Below, in pieces: positions 49,516-63,392 of a DNA stretch of 64,000 nucleotides; the first letter of the stretch is position 1, and every line of letters starts with the position of its first letter. This stretch comes from Octopus sinensis (Eukaryota). The notes under the pieces were generated by a model. That model saw only the letters and a program-made list of their open reading frames with translations. It ran no database searches and was not told the origin of the DNA. The position numbers and the translations under genes are program-made. Location: contig NC_043014.1 of assembly GCF_006345805.1 (NCBI RefSeq), forward strand, positions 28,830,001-28,894,000, given 5' to 3'.

Positions 49516-49795
49516 AAGTTTTCTGTAACTCATATATAAATGTGTGTGTACGTATGTGTGTGTGTGTCTATGATGTATGTTTATATGTTTATATGTATGT
49601 CAGTTATGAGTGTGCATGCACGCAACGTGGACAGCCCCCTGATCTTCGTTCGCGAAGCCGAGCCATGATACATGATGTATATATAAAGTAGTGGCGCGTG
49701 TAGCGTACTAGTGCACGAAGAGTGTATACAGACACTCCCTTATTTATTAAAGTATATAGTTTGAAACGGCTGTAGTGAAACTTATCCATCTGTGC

Positions 49796-49830
<35 letters not shown>

Positions 49831-50943
49831 TATATATATATTATATATATATATATATACATACATATTGTGCGTTTCAAACACTCTGAACACAGGTGTA
49901 GGCAATGCTCACGAATCTACAACTGATAGCTGCAAATAGACTAGTCCAGTGCTCTTAGCTTCGCTCATGGGGTGGTTGTCTCTCCTGTCAGCGTATATAT
50001 ATATATTCTACAAGTGTGCACTTCATATGCAACATTACAGCTGTAACTCTTATTTCTTGAACTCACTTCAGCCCACTCAGTCACAATTAATGACGATTGA
50101 ATTTTTCCCTTATGGTCTACACGGCGCCTAGCTGCTTATATAAATTTATAAATATATAACTTCTATATTGTTTTCAAAAGTTTCTCAAAAGAGAAAAAAA
50201 AATTACGCTGTGAATGACAAGAGGAGATATGCTGGGAAAGAGGAGAGGAAAGAGAAATACGAACCCTTTACTCGGGGAGAGTTTTATGGCGCTTATACTA
50301 AGTCGTAAAGTTCATGGTAATATTTTTTTCAATAACCTCTGCAACAACGACTACTAAATTCAGCAACATTAGTGATAGTAATATCAACAGTACCAATCGA
50401 TCTTGCAGCATTACAAACAACAATAGAAACAACAGCAAACAAGGGAACAATATTTACAAAACATATATTCTAACTTCTAGTATTTACAAACATGAAAAAT
50501 ATTAAAAATAAACATTATTAAAGCTAAGCTCAGTTATTCTTATCATACGGTCTACAAAGGGTGTCTATGGAAAAGTGTCTTTCCTAGGAACATAGGTATT
50601 TGGGTGTGTTTATAAACACATATGTACATTACATAAGCGTTTTTGAATGTGTATAGATTATAAATATATGTGTATGAGTGCCTTTGTACACATCTGTACA
50701 TATATTTATACAAATATGACGATAGAATTATATATACAAATACATATATATATATATAAAATAATAGGGGTGAAAAATTTTAAATAATAAGGGTGTTTTG
50801 CTCGCTTACGTTCTGGCGTTTGCTAAATTTTCTTGAGAACATTCCTTTCTTAGTGGTAAGACCATAGGGGGTCTACTTCTAGCATATGGATGTCCACCTA
50901 GTGGTCATCCACCTTATATGTATATATATGTATACATACATAC

Positions 50944-50975
<32 letters not shown>

Positions 50976-51120
50976 ATGTGTAGTATGCGTGATTATATGT
51001 AGATGTATGTTGATATCTATACATATGTGTTTACACGCACAAACACAAACATTCATATGTACATGTACGTATATCAGTATGCGTGTAAGTATGTATACAT
51101 ACATACATATACATACATAT

Positions 51121-51156
<36 letters not shown>

Positions 51157-51188
51157 CATACACACACATATATATATATGTATATATA

Positions 51189-51272
<84 letters not shown>

Positions 51273-51844
51273 AACATGAAGAAAATGGATTCCAAACCAA
51301 ATTGTGCTTGAGATAAGCCAAAATATCTCTGTATGCTGTCTTCTAAAAAGACATCAAAGAAACTGGTTTCGTTTCGTCAGTACACCCGGCTAAACACATG
51401 TTGTGCCTGTCTGCATGTGTGTGTGAGTGTGAGTGCGATTTTGCGCGCGCGCACCTGTGTGAATGTTTACGATTTTTTTTCGCTTGTTTGCTTTAGACAT
51501 TTGACACCTCACACTTGCAACCTCTATTCCCTATTCTGACATTAATACATAAATAAAATGAATAACTGCTTTCTACCCAACGCGGCCCAAATTTAATGCC
51601 AAAAAGAAAGAACATAGAAGAGAATTAGCAGATGTCTTGAGTAGAAATAGGGGTCAAGTAAATCCCAAAACAGTCCTCGGTGAACATAAGGGTGCATATT
51701 TGATAATTCTTAGTTGTAGGATCCCCACGTCTTTCATATTGTACAAAAAACAACTCTATGGCTAAACCACATCAGTGTGAAGACGACCATGTGAAGCACT
51801 GTGTATTGCAGCATGTATTATGAATGAGCTCCGCTTTTCCTCGT

Positions 51845-51888
51845 TCTCCTCTTTCTCATCATCATCATCTTCTTCTTCTTTCTGTTCT

Positions 51889-51920
<32 letters not shown>

Positions 51921-52260
51921 TCTTCTTCTTCTTCTTCTTCTTTTCTTCTCTTCTTCTTCTTCTTCTTCTTCTTCTTCTTCTTCGTCTTCTTCTTCTTTGT
52001 ATTCTTCTTCTTTGTCCTTTTCATATTTGTTTTCAACTTCTTCTTCTTCTCTTCTTCTTCTTCTTCTTCTTCTTCTTCTACTTCTTCTTCTTCGTCTTCT
52101 TCTTTGTCTTTTTCATATTTGTTTTCAACTTCTTCTTCTTCTTCTTCTTCGTTCTCCTGCTTTTATTATCGCAGTTGTAGTCGTCGTCTTTTCGTTGTCA
52201 TATCCTCACCTCCTCCCTCTCCTCCTCCTCCCCCCTCCTCCATATTCCTCTACTCTTCAC
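51845..52260. repeat. (CTT)n low-complexity tract with an internal duplicated block
   Basis: CTTTGTC.TTTTCATATTTGTTTTCAACTTCTTC at about 52010 and 52102. Confidence 0.9.
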
Positions 52261-52844
52261 CTCTTTCTTGTCTTTATTCTATCAAAGTGATACTCGGAGG
52301 AGTCAGTGATTGCAATAATCTACCACATCATTCCATTCAGGAACAATAAACGGACTTCAATTACAAATCAACAGAAATGACTAGTAACAAAAAAAGTTGC
52401 CACTGGTCATTGAACTTGAGAGACAATGGCCACTATATCTTAAAGAAGAAATTATAACTCACTAGGATTACGAACAACCATTGGACCGTCTGAATGGAAC
52501 TTATACCAAAATTTAATTCTATACCGAAATGGTTAGTGTCCTAGTTAATAGCGACCTCTCAAATATAAGTAAAGATCGAGGAGGTTGGCAAAGACTGGTA
52601 AATAAATGTGTCCCAACAGCTGAAGTGCAATGGGAGGACGACTTGATGAATACATATACAATATACTATATTTCGATATACACATACACATGCACATATG
52701 CACGCACACACACATTCAAGTACATGTGTGTGTATGTATGTACATATATATATATATATCCACTCATACATAGATGCATACATACATCCATACATATATA
52801 CATACGAACATACATGCATACATACATACATATACATACATACA

Positions 52845-52875
<31 letters not shown>

Positions 52876-52986
52876 GGCGTCGTCATCTTGATTTCAAACA
52901 AAACTACTTTCCCATCGCAAGACATATGCTTGGAACAAGTTTGGTGCCAATGTGTCTTTACATGACTACATAGCCCTAATTTTGTT

Positions 52987-53835
52987 TTAAATATATAATA
53001 TAATTTGATCTAGAATTACACCAATAGTAACTCCGCCCTTAGCATTCACCCAATGGACTTTCAACCCAACAATAGATAAGCACACATCTGCGCATAAAGG
53101 ACAGCAGTATTCCATTGGCGCTGTTGGAATGTTTGTATATAAGTACCTCTTGTTCTTCCAATGACTTTTCATTAAGGACAAATACTGACATTGGAAGTAT
53201 GATGCAACAATGAACTGCTTAGATTATTTCTGGTCTTTCTTGCAATACAATTTTAATATTCCTTCGTTTTCGGGCATTGCGTTTCACCACTTAATGCTCA
53301 TTTCGAATGTTCACAAACTACAAGCTTCTTTCCTGGTTATAGATCGTTATTAGCTTATGTTCAATACGAGATGTACTAAATGAAAAAGCTGATATTCAAG
53401 GATTTACGGTTGTATTCCATGATATCATGATATCCTTTATAGTTTTGTGTTGAGTATACTTTGAAAGCATCAAAGGGAGTGTTTGGTGTTTGGGACTTGA
53501 TACAGCAAATTTATATACTGAAATAGCCTGACTTTTCCATCAGTTCTGCTTTAGCTAGAGATTTCCAACTAGTCTTAAATATATGCATGAGACATTTATG
53601 ATGAAATCTTTATAGTATTCTGTTGTGTCGTCAATATAGACAGAGCTGTGTTGACACAAGCATCATAGATGTAGAACTTAGTAGACAGTTTCAGAGTGCG
53701 ACCAGACGCGTTTCTCTAATGACTCAAATGCTGCTTCTCAATCCACGCAAATTTCGGAATCTAAGGATCCATGCTTGGAAGCAGAACTGCCAAAACTCGC
53801 AAAAGCATCTGCTACATTTCTTGGACAATCATATT
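52987..53835 (-). mobile_element. RTE/BovB-like LINE 3' region, decayed
   Basis: EFC...GS....SLDSEI, AAF.SLEKRVW..LKLSTKF.IYDACV, and a C-terminal C2H2-like CPLCADVCLSIVGLKVH. Confidence 0.75.
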
Positions 53836-53918
53836 TGGTTCCATATACGACTCTCCCAGAAGAGAGTTGTATGTGGAGCCACTGTCACGGTCACCCTCTC
53901 TCTCTTTCTTTCTCTCGT

Positions 53919-53982
<64 letters not shown>

Positions 53983-54329
53983 CACTTTTAACTCCACCCC
54001 GTCTCTCTTTTATGTTTCAATCTCTTTTGGAACTTTTACGCGTAGATTCACCATCTTCAAAACTGTGAAGCATTATGCAGTACAACAGATTAAATTTCAA
54101 TAAATACTTGAGATAGCGTGCTTATTTAAACGTAGCCACCTCCCTGCTGGCCATAAGGAAGCTTTTTAGATCATTGCAGTTGCTGGGACTGATACTGTTT
54201 AAAAGATAACTATAGAATAGAGAACAGGCGACTTTTTGCTTCAATAACAGTACACTACAAAATGCACACGCCACAACCTAGTAGATCTAATACCAATGAA
54301 ACCAGCACTGCATAAAGAACGACGTTTTA

Positions 54330-54450
54330 CAATTGGTTGCACATTTATGAATATACAGAGCTTCTTGACATTCGATGCCAAGATCCTCACTCAGAACATG
54401 AACTTTCTGCATTCTCTTGCCAGAATTCTTGAACCAATTTGCAAATACAA
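54330..54450 (+). mobile_element. Possible L1/Tx1 RT fragment
   Basis: FLTFDAKIL...LARIL resembles the LLN.DYKILAK.LA.RL motif; short. Confidence 0.3.
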
Positions 54451-54904
54451 TCACTAAAGGCATCGTCGTTGGCATTAACTCGTCTCCGAGTAGCTAAAGT
54501 GTAGCGAGTGATTAGGCCTCTTTATCCTGATGGGTGCGAATGGTGCCGGTATGTGAGATGGTTGTTCAGGCAAAGGGCGGTATAGAAGAGCAGGGGACGA
54601 GGAAGCGCTAGTGGTCCCTATGCCTCCCGATCTCTATTATTTTCCATCTGATTCATTCCCTTGATGCTGACGTGCAGTCACTTTAGGCTATAAAGCTTAG
54701 CAAAATTATATGTTTTTAGAAGCCCTATGTATAGGCAACCCTCTTCCATCTTTCCGTTGGAAATGGAATGGACCCGAGTTGGCTTACTGGAACCATATAA
54801 CCAACAACGCTAATGTCCAGAAAGACATCAAATGAAATAAATTAAAACCCTCTTCCTAATGGACATGAAATGGGCAACGAGCGACTAACCTAGTATATTC
54901 TTAT

Positions 54905-55190
54905 CAAAGTCAGCCTCGGCGGAATTTGAACTCAGAACGTAGCGGCAGATGAAATACCTATTTCTTTACTACCCAGAAGGAGCTAAACAGAGAGAGGACA
55001 AACAAGGACAGACAAACGGATTAAGTCGATTATATCGACCCCAGTGTTTAACTGGTACTTATTTAATCGATCCCGAAAGGACGAAAGGCAAAGTCAACCT
55101 CGGCGCAATTTGAACTCAGAACGTAACGGCAGACGAAATATGGCTACGCATTTCGCCCGGGTGCTAACGTTTCTGCCAGCTCGCTGCCTT
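54905..55190 (-). mobile_element. SINE B1 full monomer followed by a second partial unit
   Basis: Head at 55190; junction AAAGAAATA|GGTATTTC at 54959/54958. Confidence 0.9.
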
Positions 55191-56139
55191 CAAAGATATT
55201 TCTAGAAATATCTTCAGAGATATTTCTAAATATTTAAGATATTTCTAAGGCGACGTTATGTTACTGATTATATTTCTAAATAATTATTTTTTATGTGTTA
55301 TATGATTCATACTTGGAGTGCTATTTTATTTTTTAGCATCTATAAGTATAATGAAACAGAATTAAGAAAAAGAAAAGCGTCCCAGCCTTGACTTTCGATT
55401 CCAATTACCGTATTACTTAAGGCAGCAAGGTCTAACCGGGTGGAGATTTGACTGCTATTTCCAGCAAGTCGAGCACACCCTCACATAGGGTTCCGCGTTA
55501 GCTGGCAATTACACTGCTTACAGTGTAATGCTATACTGTAAGCTGTTGTAAGGAAGGTTTGGAACTTGAAATGATGAGCTGTAGAACATTAAAAACGTTG
55601 AACTTCACTTTCGTAAAGGGTCGCCGGAGGTCGTTTTCGACTTGAAGGTTGACTTCTGATATTTGCAGTTATTTTTACCATTTTAGATGATTCAAACATT
55701 TCATTCAATAGCAAAACAAGACCATTGACAACAATAAAACATTTTATTTTAGGATAACAAAAAAAAAATGATAAATCTAAATTAGCAACAAAAACACTAA
55801 TCGCAATAACCTTTTCTTTATTTCGAAGGGTAAAACAAAAGGGAAAAAACCGTTTAATTTTTCCCGCGAAGACAATACTTTTAGTGATGTACATAAATAA
55901 TCAAAGAGCATAACACGAAATACCAGAAATGTAATATAAGGTTATACACTTCTAAGCATCAAATACACACGCACATACATACACACATTGACATATACAC
56001 ACACATACGCACACTCACATACATATATACATATGCACACACTCACATGCGCACATGCATTTACACAAACACACACACACACTCTCTCTCTCTCTATCTC
56101 GCGTGCACACAGACACACTCACTCACACACACACACACA

Positions 56140-56170
<31 letters not shown>

Positions 56171-56445
56171 CAAGTGAATATATAATGTTTCCAAAAATAA
56201 GAGACAGGGTCGATAAGAAAAAAAAACAGCATCTTAAACCCATTTATTCAGAGCAGCAACCCCCTACTCTGAGCACTCGTACTCACCCAGTAAAGAAGAA
56301 CGAATACAGTTCCTTGACTTGTTAGAAATAACAACCAAATGCCCTTCAAATCAGATCTTAAAGTGGAAAGAATACATTGTATAAAAACGTGGGATGGTCA
56401 CAGCAAGAACGGAGAGAAAAATTTTATTAAAACAAGATACCATAA

Positions 56446-56970
56446 TATTGGGTTATCCGGAAAGAAAAAGGTCAATAAATACTTGCCATTACATTTTTAA
56501 ACAACCAAATTACCCAATGCGTCCCCATCTTTCCTTTAACTTGAAAATACCCTCTTCCCAGAATTGAGGTGGTTCCATGGCAAAGAATTCATCAAGGTAT
56601 CTTTTTACGTCATCCAAGGAATTGAAATTTTTACTATTAAGACTATTCTGCAGAGACCTGAATTGGTGAAAATCCCAAGGAGCAATATCTGGTGAATATG
56701 GAGGGTGGGGCAACACATCTCAGCCGAGCTGCAGCAATTTTTGTCTGGTTCCCAAAGCATGAAGTGCCGAAAAGGAACTTTCTTATCTTCCATTGTAAAG
56801 GGTTACAGAATTAACACAGGAACATAAACCTTCTTCCGTGAAAAGATAGCTTAAACTGTGCTGTAAATGGAGTTGTAGTCAAATCCTATTTTATGGACTC
56901 AACCATGTTCTAAAATAAGTCGAAAGGTAAGCTACTATAAATCGGCACGAGCTTTCCGGACAACCCAATA
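56446..56970 (-). mobile_element. Internally deleted mariner with intact ends
   Basis: TATTGGGTTATCCGGAAAG at 56446-56464 and CTTTCCGGACAACCCAATA at 56952-56970 (19 bp including terminal TA, one mismatch); N-terminal MEDKKV.FRH.MLWE joined to C-terminal LPHPPYSPDIAP.DFH.FRSLQN.L. Confidence 0.92.
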
Positions 56971-57049
56971 GTAAAAGCATAAAAATACATTTCATATCAC
57001 TCATTGTCCTTATACCCCGTGCCTTCCTCCTGTGTTTAGAGTAAAAACG

Positions 57050-57500
57050 CTTTCAAGTGGCTCTTACTAAAACGGCTAAATCAAGTTGGCCTTTACTCTG
57101 CATCATCTGTCTCATGCCCTTGGTATTTTGTTCTCTTAATTGCTCACAAATCCAATATAGCTCTTTGGTTTTCATTTTGATTTGCAGGTCTGTCCTAACT
57201 TCCAGGCCAGACTTCTCTCGTCATCTCTGCACTGCTTATTCAACCATAGTGAGATACAAAGGTAACAATGTCATGGACAATGTCCCTCACTTTTACTGTT
57301 GTTACTTTGGCTCAAATATTAAGGTATACATATAAGAGAGTGCTTCACAATTTCAGAGTTTTTTTCCCTTACTGTCTTCTATCTTAAACATGAAACCAAC
57401 AGTGTTGTGGGCTTTACCAAGTTGGACGGCAAGTATCCACAGGTCGGACTGATCTTACTTTCAGTTGCTACATTAAGGGTATTTGAACTACACCTACACA
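57050..57500 (-). mobile_element. Probable pogo/Tigger (CENP-B-like HTH) transposase N-terminal relic
   Basis: Broken motifs QLGKAHNTVG...KI.D, KTKELY..LRE, and FSRFSKSH. Confidence 0.4.
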
Positions 57501-57934
57501 CATATAAATGCCATTGTTAAATGCAATATTAGGTAGCTTTTCTCTTTGACAATTCTTGGATATACTTTTCTGTAAGGGAAAATCGAGTGACATAACATAA
57601 CGTTTTGTGTATGTCTGACCGACTAAAAAGCAAAGGCAAAACTATCGCTTTCTAAGATATTTCTGTTTGCATTTTTCCCCGGCATGTGTGTACAAAAGTT
57701 TGTTGTTGTCCTTGTTTTTGTTCATATTGTTGTTACTACTATTAGTATCACTCACATTTTGTGTTTTAATGTTAATACTGTTTATGGAAATATCGTTTTC
57801 CCCGGCGTTTTTTGAAGTGTGCGCGTTTGTGCATTTAATACTCTTTTCTTTGTAAGACCTATTTTGTTTATTCCTTTTATTTCTGGAGAAAGGGCAATAT
57901 CGTATGTTGTTGTTTTTGTTGTTGTAGTTGTTTT

Positions 57935-59185
57935 TATAACCGCCATTATATGTCGTGCGTCATCTACTATCGCTTAACTGTCGTGCCTTGTTCCAGCCAC
58001 CGTCTGATTACGCTGCAACGTATACTCCTCCGCTTCTTGTGGAAGGGAGGTGTCACGATGTTCAGGCGGTCTATCTGCTGTGAAACCTGCTGCGCGGTGG
58101 CCTGGGCATGGCGTGGTTGATGATGTGCAGACATTCGCTGAGGCTACGACATTTCCAGTGCTTCCTTGGCGGTGAACAGATGTGGTGGCCATTCGCCATA
58201 CACGCAGTTCTACAGCTAGTTTTTTTTAATGGAGCTGCAGTACTGGGTAAAACAGAAATCGAGAGGGTGCATTTGGAATGTGGAATGTCTTCAAGCGCTC
58301 ACAACCCTCATCCGGTCCGACACAGCGGATTGAGAATAATGGAAGAAAAATGAGACGACGTTCTTGGGGAGACTTGGGCGTCGAAGAAGACCTGCTAGCC
58401 GCTCTATTTCGGAGAACTTTCGGTCCGGGACCGATGAATAATTTCCAAAAATCCATGGCCTAGCGATGCTACCGGGGAACTTTGCCTCTTCGAACTTAAA
58501 AGGCACGGAAGTGCCCTCGGCCGAACATGTCCGAGATGTGCGCAGGACGACGAGACGGTACTGCGTGCACTCGTCTAGTGTCCGAGCATTGCTGACCTGT
58601 GGGTTTATGCCGAACACCTGCTGTTGCGTGTGGGACAGATCCGGCTGTCAACTGAATCTATCGTGAAGATCGCCCTACCGCTTCCCTTTAACCGGGAAGG
58701 AAGGCTGTTTTTATATGCCTGGTGGCCATGTATGGTGGATGAGATTGAAGGGGGCTCAAAACAAACACTTTTCTCTTTGGTCAACCCCTGAACTTGTTCA
58801 AGTTTCACTTCAAAAGGAAAATAAGGGTAGAAGGTGGAAGGAAGTATTGTCTTCTAGCTAGTTTGCTGAAAGGTGGATGAAAGTGGCGAGATTGGTGCGA
58901 ATGAACGGGGGCCTGCCCTGAGTATTGGCCTGTAGTTGGAAAAAAGATGAAAAAAAGGGCACCTGACCCAAAAGTCAGGGTACCTATGATTTTTATGGGA
59001 TTTTTCCATGAGCAGCCCGCGAACGTCTCCTCCCTATTGAGGATCAGACATTGTTGATTTTTTAAGAAAATAATTTTGTTAGTCTTCTTTATATGCAAAA
59101 CTCCCACAACACACACACAATCTGTACGGTTTATAACGATTTTCTTAATGTAAACCCCTGTGGTTAATAAAGAAAAGGAAATCAT
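57935..59185 (+). mobile_element. L1/Tx1-like LINE, 3' part of ORF2 plus 3' UTR
   Basis: IYYRLTVVPC...LQR.L.RFLWKG...RRSICC; CCHC-type CPRCAQDDETVL.ALV.C (about 58528-58585); F..RW.KVARL.RMN; AATAAA then (TTA)n tail. Confidence 0.8.
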
Positions 59186-59202
59186 TATTAATATTATTAT
59201 TA

Positions 59203-59251
<49 letters not shown>

Positions 59252-59959
59252 AGTATTGCTGTTGTTGTTGTTATCATTATTGTTGTTGCTGTTGTTTCAC
59301 TAGTGCATGCTAATTTAGATAGCAGGTATGCGCGTTTGAATTCCAATCTCTATCAGTTGACCACTGCAGTGGAAGTAATCGAGGAGCACCCACCTCCAAA
59401 CTTTCAGGCTTTGTGCCTATAGTAGAAAGTACAATACTAATAAATATTATTGGTGTTGTTATTTTTGTTAGACGTATGTCACATCGGCGTCCGAAATTTT
59501 GTTAAATTTTGTTGAAAATACATTTTCCTTTGTAAATTTTTGTTAAAATTTGAGTGAGTGTCCCTACTTTGTTAGGAAAAAAGGATGATCTCATATCAAA
59601 CTGGACCCTAAAGATTACAATTTTTTCTAATATGTATTTCCTCTCATTTTCTTTTCTAGTTTCGAATTATGGTGGGAGTAGCGCCCAAGTAAGAAATTAA
59701 ACTAGGGTGTAACATAAAAAGCAACTCATACCACCACCAGCTTCATGACAAACATTCGCTGAACATCATCATCATCATCATCTTCCTCAACAACAACAAA
59801 AACGATGGCAGCAGTGGTAATGACAACAATAAGGACAAAGTTTTTGACAACACAAGTAAAAACGACACCAGCAACAAAAGCAACAGCAACAACAACAAAA
59901 CAACAACAGTTACGGCAATACGACAAAACTCGACGCTTAGAAGCAACAACACACACCCA

Positions 59960-60730
59960 AGTCGAAAGATGCTGTCAAAGAAGTACTGGCAGATATAGGT
60001 TATGCGGGAAGAGTAAGGGGGTTGGGGAAGTTGGAGGTTCACTTCAAAAGGGAAGACTTCGTGTGGAAACAACCCGTAGTACCCACAAGTGAGAAGCAAC
60101 TCGCCCTTTGCCCAACATATTTAGGGAGAAGGACCTGTTACGGTAAGACAGAGTTCCAGCTGTGTTGGACATCTGGTAGATGGTCACCTGCTCCTCAACA
60201 TGAAACAAACAGAAGGTGAATTTGGGATCACAGTAGAGATCCTCCTCTAGACCAAGCTGAAGTGTAGAGAAACAAATCCAAGACCTAATCTACCGGCCTA
60301 ATGGAATCATACTCAAGGCAGTGTGACAAAATGCCACTTGTGAGTTGCAAAGCTTTCTGCCCTAACAAAAAACAGAAGAGAGGGGCAGACACAGCGACTA
60401 AGCTAAAGCACCAAGTTCGATGCTGTTCTTATCGAGGACAAACTATTTCTTGTCCGGATTCAAAAGGATTGAGTATATCTCGAAGTTCATGCGTGGTTCG
60501 AAACAATGCCACCATCCCTCTCACCGCAGCCATTTCGGTCCCCCCAAAAAGGTGGCTGTGAGATCTTTGCATCTTTGGTCACTGAGTACGTCTTTCCCGA
60601 TGCACTAAGTTATAATTCTCTTGGCGATTGTTGTTGCCTTATTTGCCCTTGTATTTATGTAAATCCCCATTATCCTTTGACCTTAAATTGTCCTAAATGG
60701 TTCTGAGGCCTTTGGGGCCAATAAAAAGAT
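59960..60730 (+). mobile_element. Possible second Tx1-like 3' relic
   Basis: 3' end CCTTAAATTGTCC...GGCCTTTGGGGCCAATAAAAAG plus (TTA)n resembles the other Tx1-like ends; coding motifs weak. Confidence 0.35.
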
Positions 60731-60732
60731 TA

Positions 60733-60794
<62 letters not shown>

Positions 60795-60867
60795 TTCATA
60801 TACACATAACAGATTAGACTGTTGGAAAAGAAAAAAATCTTAACATCGGACTACAAGTCACCTTAGA

Positions 60868-61055
60868 TGCCCCTTATGGGTAGAAAAGAAATAGGTATTT
60901 CGACTGCCACTACGCTCTGAGTTCTAATTCCTCCGAGGTCGACTTTGCCTTTCATCCTTTCGGGGTTGATAAATTAAGTACAAGTTTCGTATTGTGGTCG
61001 ATCTAATTGACTGGCCTCCCCCAAAATGTCGGACCTTGTGCCTAGAGTAGAAAAG
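60868..61055 (+). mobile_element. SINE B unit starting with the multimer junction, ending in a B2 tail
   Basis: GCCCCTTATGGGTAGAAAAGAAATA|GGTATTTCGACTGCC, junction at 60893/60894. Confidence 0.85.
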
Positions 61056-61136
<81 letters not shown>

Positions 61137-61146
61137 ATTATTATTA

Positions 61147-61197
<51 letters not shown>
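61056..61197. repeat. (ATT)n(GTT)n(ATT)n compound microsatellite
   Basis: Direct repeat. Confidence 0.95.
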
Positions 61198-61199
<2 letters not shown>

Positions 61200-61570
61200 C
61201 GAAGCCGGGCAAAATGCTTAACGGCATTTCGTCCCCGTTGTCGACTTTTCTTTTTAGCTTTTCGGGGTCAGTACCAGTTGAGTACTGAGAATCGATGTTA
61301 TCTACTTATCCGATATCAATGGCGTTGTTCAAAAATTCGAAAGCATCATTATTCAAGCAACGATCTGGTAGAACCATTAGCACATCGGACGAGACGCTTT
61401 GCAGCATTTTTCCGGTTCTTTCATTTTTAGTTCAAATCCCTCCGAGGTCAAAGTTGCCAGTCATCCTTTCGGTGTCAATAAAATAAAATATCTCTTAAGT
61501 AATGGGGTCGATGTAATCGACTTGACTCCTTCCCTAATAATTGCTGGCTTTGTGCCAAGATTAGACTTAT
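61195..61570 (+). mobile_element. Two decayed SINE B copies
   Basis: GCCGGGCAAAATGCTTA..GGCATTTCGTCC and TTCAAATCCCTCCGAGGTCAA...GGGGTCGATGTAATCGACT. Confidence 0.65.
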
Positions 61571-63309
61571 TACCAGTATAATTTCTTTTGGACTATACGT
61601 TATGGTGTCTTTCTGTTGTGTAAGTTTTGTAAAAAGTATCTTTTTGCTCATCCCGTTACTGAGTTCTTCTGTGTCAATGTTGTTTGTTTACCTGCAGAAT
61701 TGGTTGTGTCAGGATACAGTAATAATATCATCGATCCATGTAAGTTAATAATATCATCATTAATAATACCATCGTTAATATCATGCAGTTAATATCATCG
61801 GTACATTCAGTAAAAAAAAAAACCTTTTTAGTATTGCCTTAAAAAATCTGCACAAACAACTGTAAGCACGGTGTGCGAGGGGAAATAATTGAAAGACTTG
61901 ATGCAGGAAGAAATCCTGTATTTTACTGAAGAAAGTTTGGTGTTGCTTGTGATAAGTAATAACAGCTGTTGTTACAACAACACAGATACTATCGCCACTA
62001 TCATCCCTAACATCGTTTGCTGATGGTGATCCTATCTATCTTGCGGCAACGCCACCTACTGTTGTTTTTGGTGACAACATCAGCAACACCTCCACTACTA
62101 TAGACAACACCAGTAGCTGCTGATATGCGCACAAGAAAAGCATAACCATTGTTGTCGGCAACGCCATCAGCAGTGGTAATAGCAGAAGTAAAAAAGATAA
62201 AGTCGCTCTCACTTGAATCATGAAGTAGTACTAAATGAAAACCTCTATAAGCAGCAATAGTTGCAACAACACTTTCACCGATAGACTGCTATCATTTTTG
62301 CCACCAACAAGGAACCTATCTCCTTCACCCAAGTCAAGAAGTAAATGGTACACTCACTCACGAACAAAGAAGCCTTCAGGAAAAATGTACAAAGCCTGCA
62401 TTGTCCGACTTGGCATGTTAGTCCTGCACATAACCACATACAGATGTGACAAGAAAGAAAGTAAAATATATGCCATCCCCATTTCAGCAAAAACCGAAAA
62501 TACCTTAAGAGTGTATAGGTGCCATACACAGAAATAAATGAGAAGAAATATGAGACAGAATAGGTTTTATGCACCAATGAATACCAGGCCATGAAACTTT
62601 CAACCATAATTTGCTCATTTACCGCGTACATTCTACCCCAGTTCTATAAAGGGCATTGTGTCTTCAAAATGAGAATAAATTGTTACCGTGTATAGATATT
62701 AATGTTTTGTTAATGTTGTTAAATGGGCATAAATACATTGATCTCCTGCCAGAACTGTTCAAAAGTTCAGATAGAAATAACCTACAAATCTCCTGGAAAC
62801 CTCTAATCTTATTTATTTCAAGAATCTGATTCAAATGAGTATTGTGGAAAAGGACAGGAAAATTCAGAAGGCCAGAATTGTCAGTAAACGAGGGGACGTT
62901 GCCGGTTCGCAATAAACTGTACAGGCAGTGCAATGCTGTCACCTGGGCCTCTCTCAGATGTGCGTAGTGCGACAAAACCGTCCTGCATTCACTTGAACAT
63001 TGCCTGAGCATCGTCAGCTTGTGCAGCTATGTCGAAAGCTACTACCGTGTGTAGGGTGGATCCATATATCAGATCACTAGTATGTGAAGATGACCTTGCT
63101 GCTTATCTTTGCTGAGAAGGGCAAGCACTTTTCGTCTGCCTGGAGTCTATGGCGTAAGAGTTTGTGTGATGGACGAAACTGAAAGGAATAAAGATAGATA
63201 TTTTTTCTTTGGCCAAGCCCTCACCGACATTTTAAAATTACTTACGAAAAGGAAGATGAAAGTAAGAGGAATATGCTGCCTCCAGTGCATTTGCTGAAAA
63301 GCATGGCCC

Positions 63310-63392
63310 TACATGGCTTGACAACTGATGCTGGTGTGTTTACGTCCCCGTAACTTAGCGGTTCGGTTTAAGAGACCGATAGAATAAGTACT
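63310..63392 (+). mobile_element. SINE family A fragment
   Basis: GCTTGACAACTGATGCTGGTGTGTTTACGTCCCCGTAACTTAGCGGTTCGG...GACCGATAGAATAAGTAC. Confidence 0.85.

Noticed and set aside
49660-49720. TATATAAAG next to a small CpG-rich patch as a promoter
   Set aside because: TATA-like words are ubiquitous in this (TA)n-rich DNA, and no downstream gene is seen.
51818-52349. Ser-, Leu-, Phe- and Lys-rich ORFs up to 156 aa
   Set aside because: Translations of the (CTT)n tract.
52490-52640. RTE-like 3' peptide DLSNISKDRGGWQRLV
   Set aside because: Plausible but too short to call.
55589-55894. 101-aa ORF ending RSQPSSRKRPPATLYESEVQRF
   Set aside because: No domain and no convincing splice sites; the N-terminal half is AT-rich noise.
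62275-63011. 118-aa and 115-aa minus-strand ORFs, faintly piggyBac-like (AVNEQIMVESF)
   Set aside because: The motif resemblance is too weak; a profile search would be needed.
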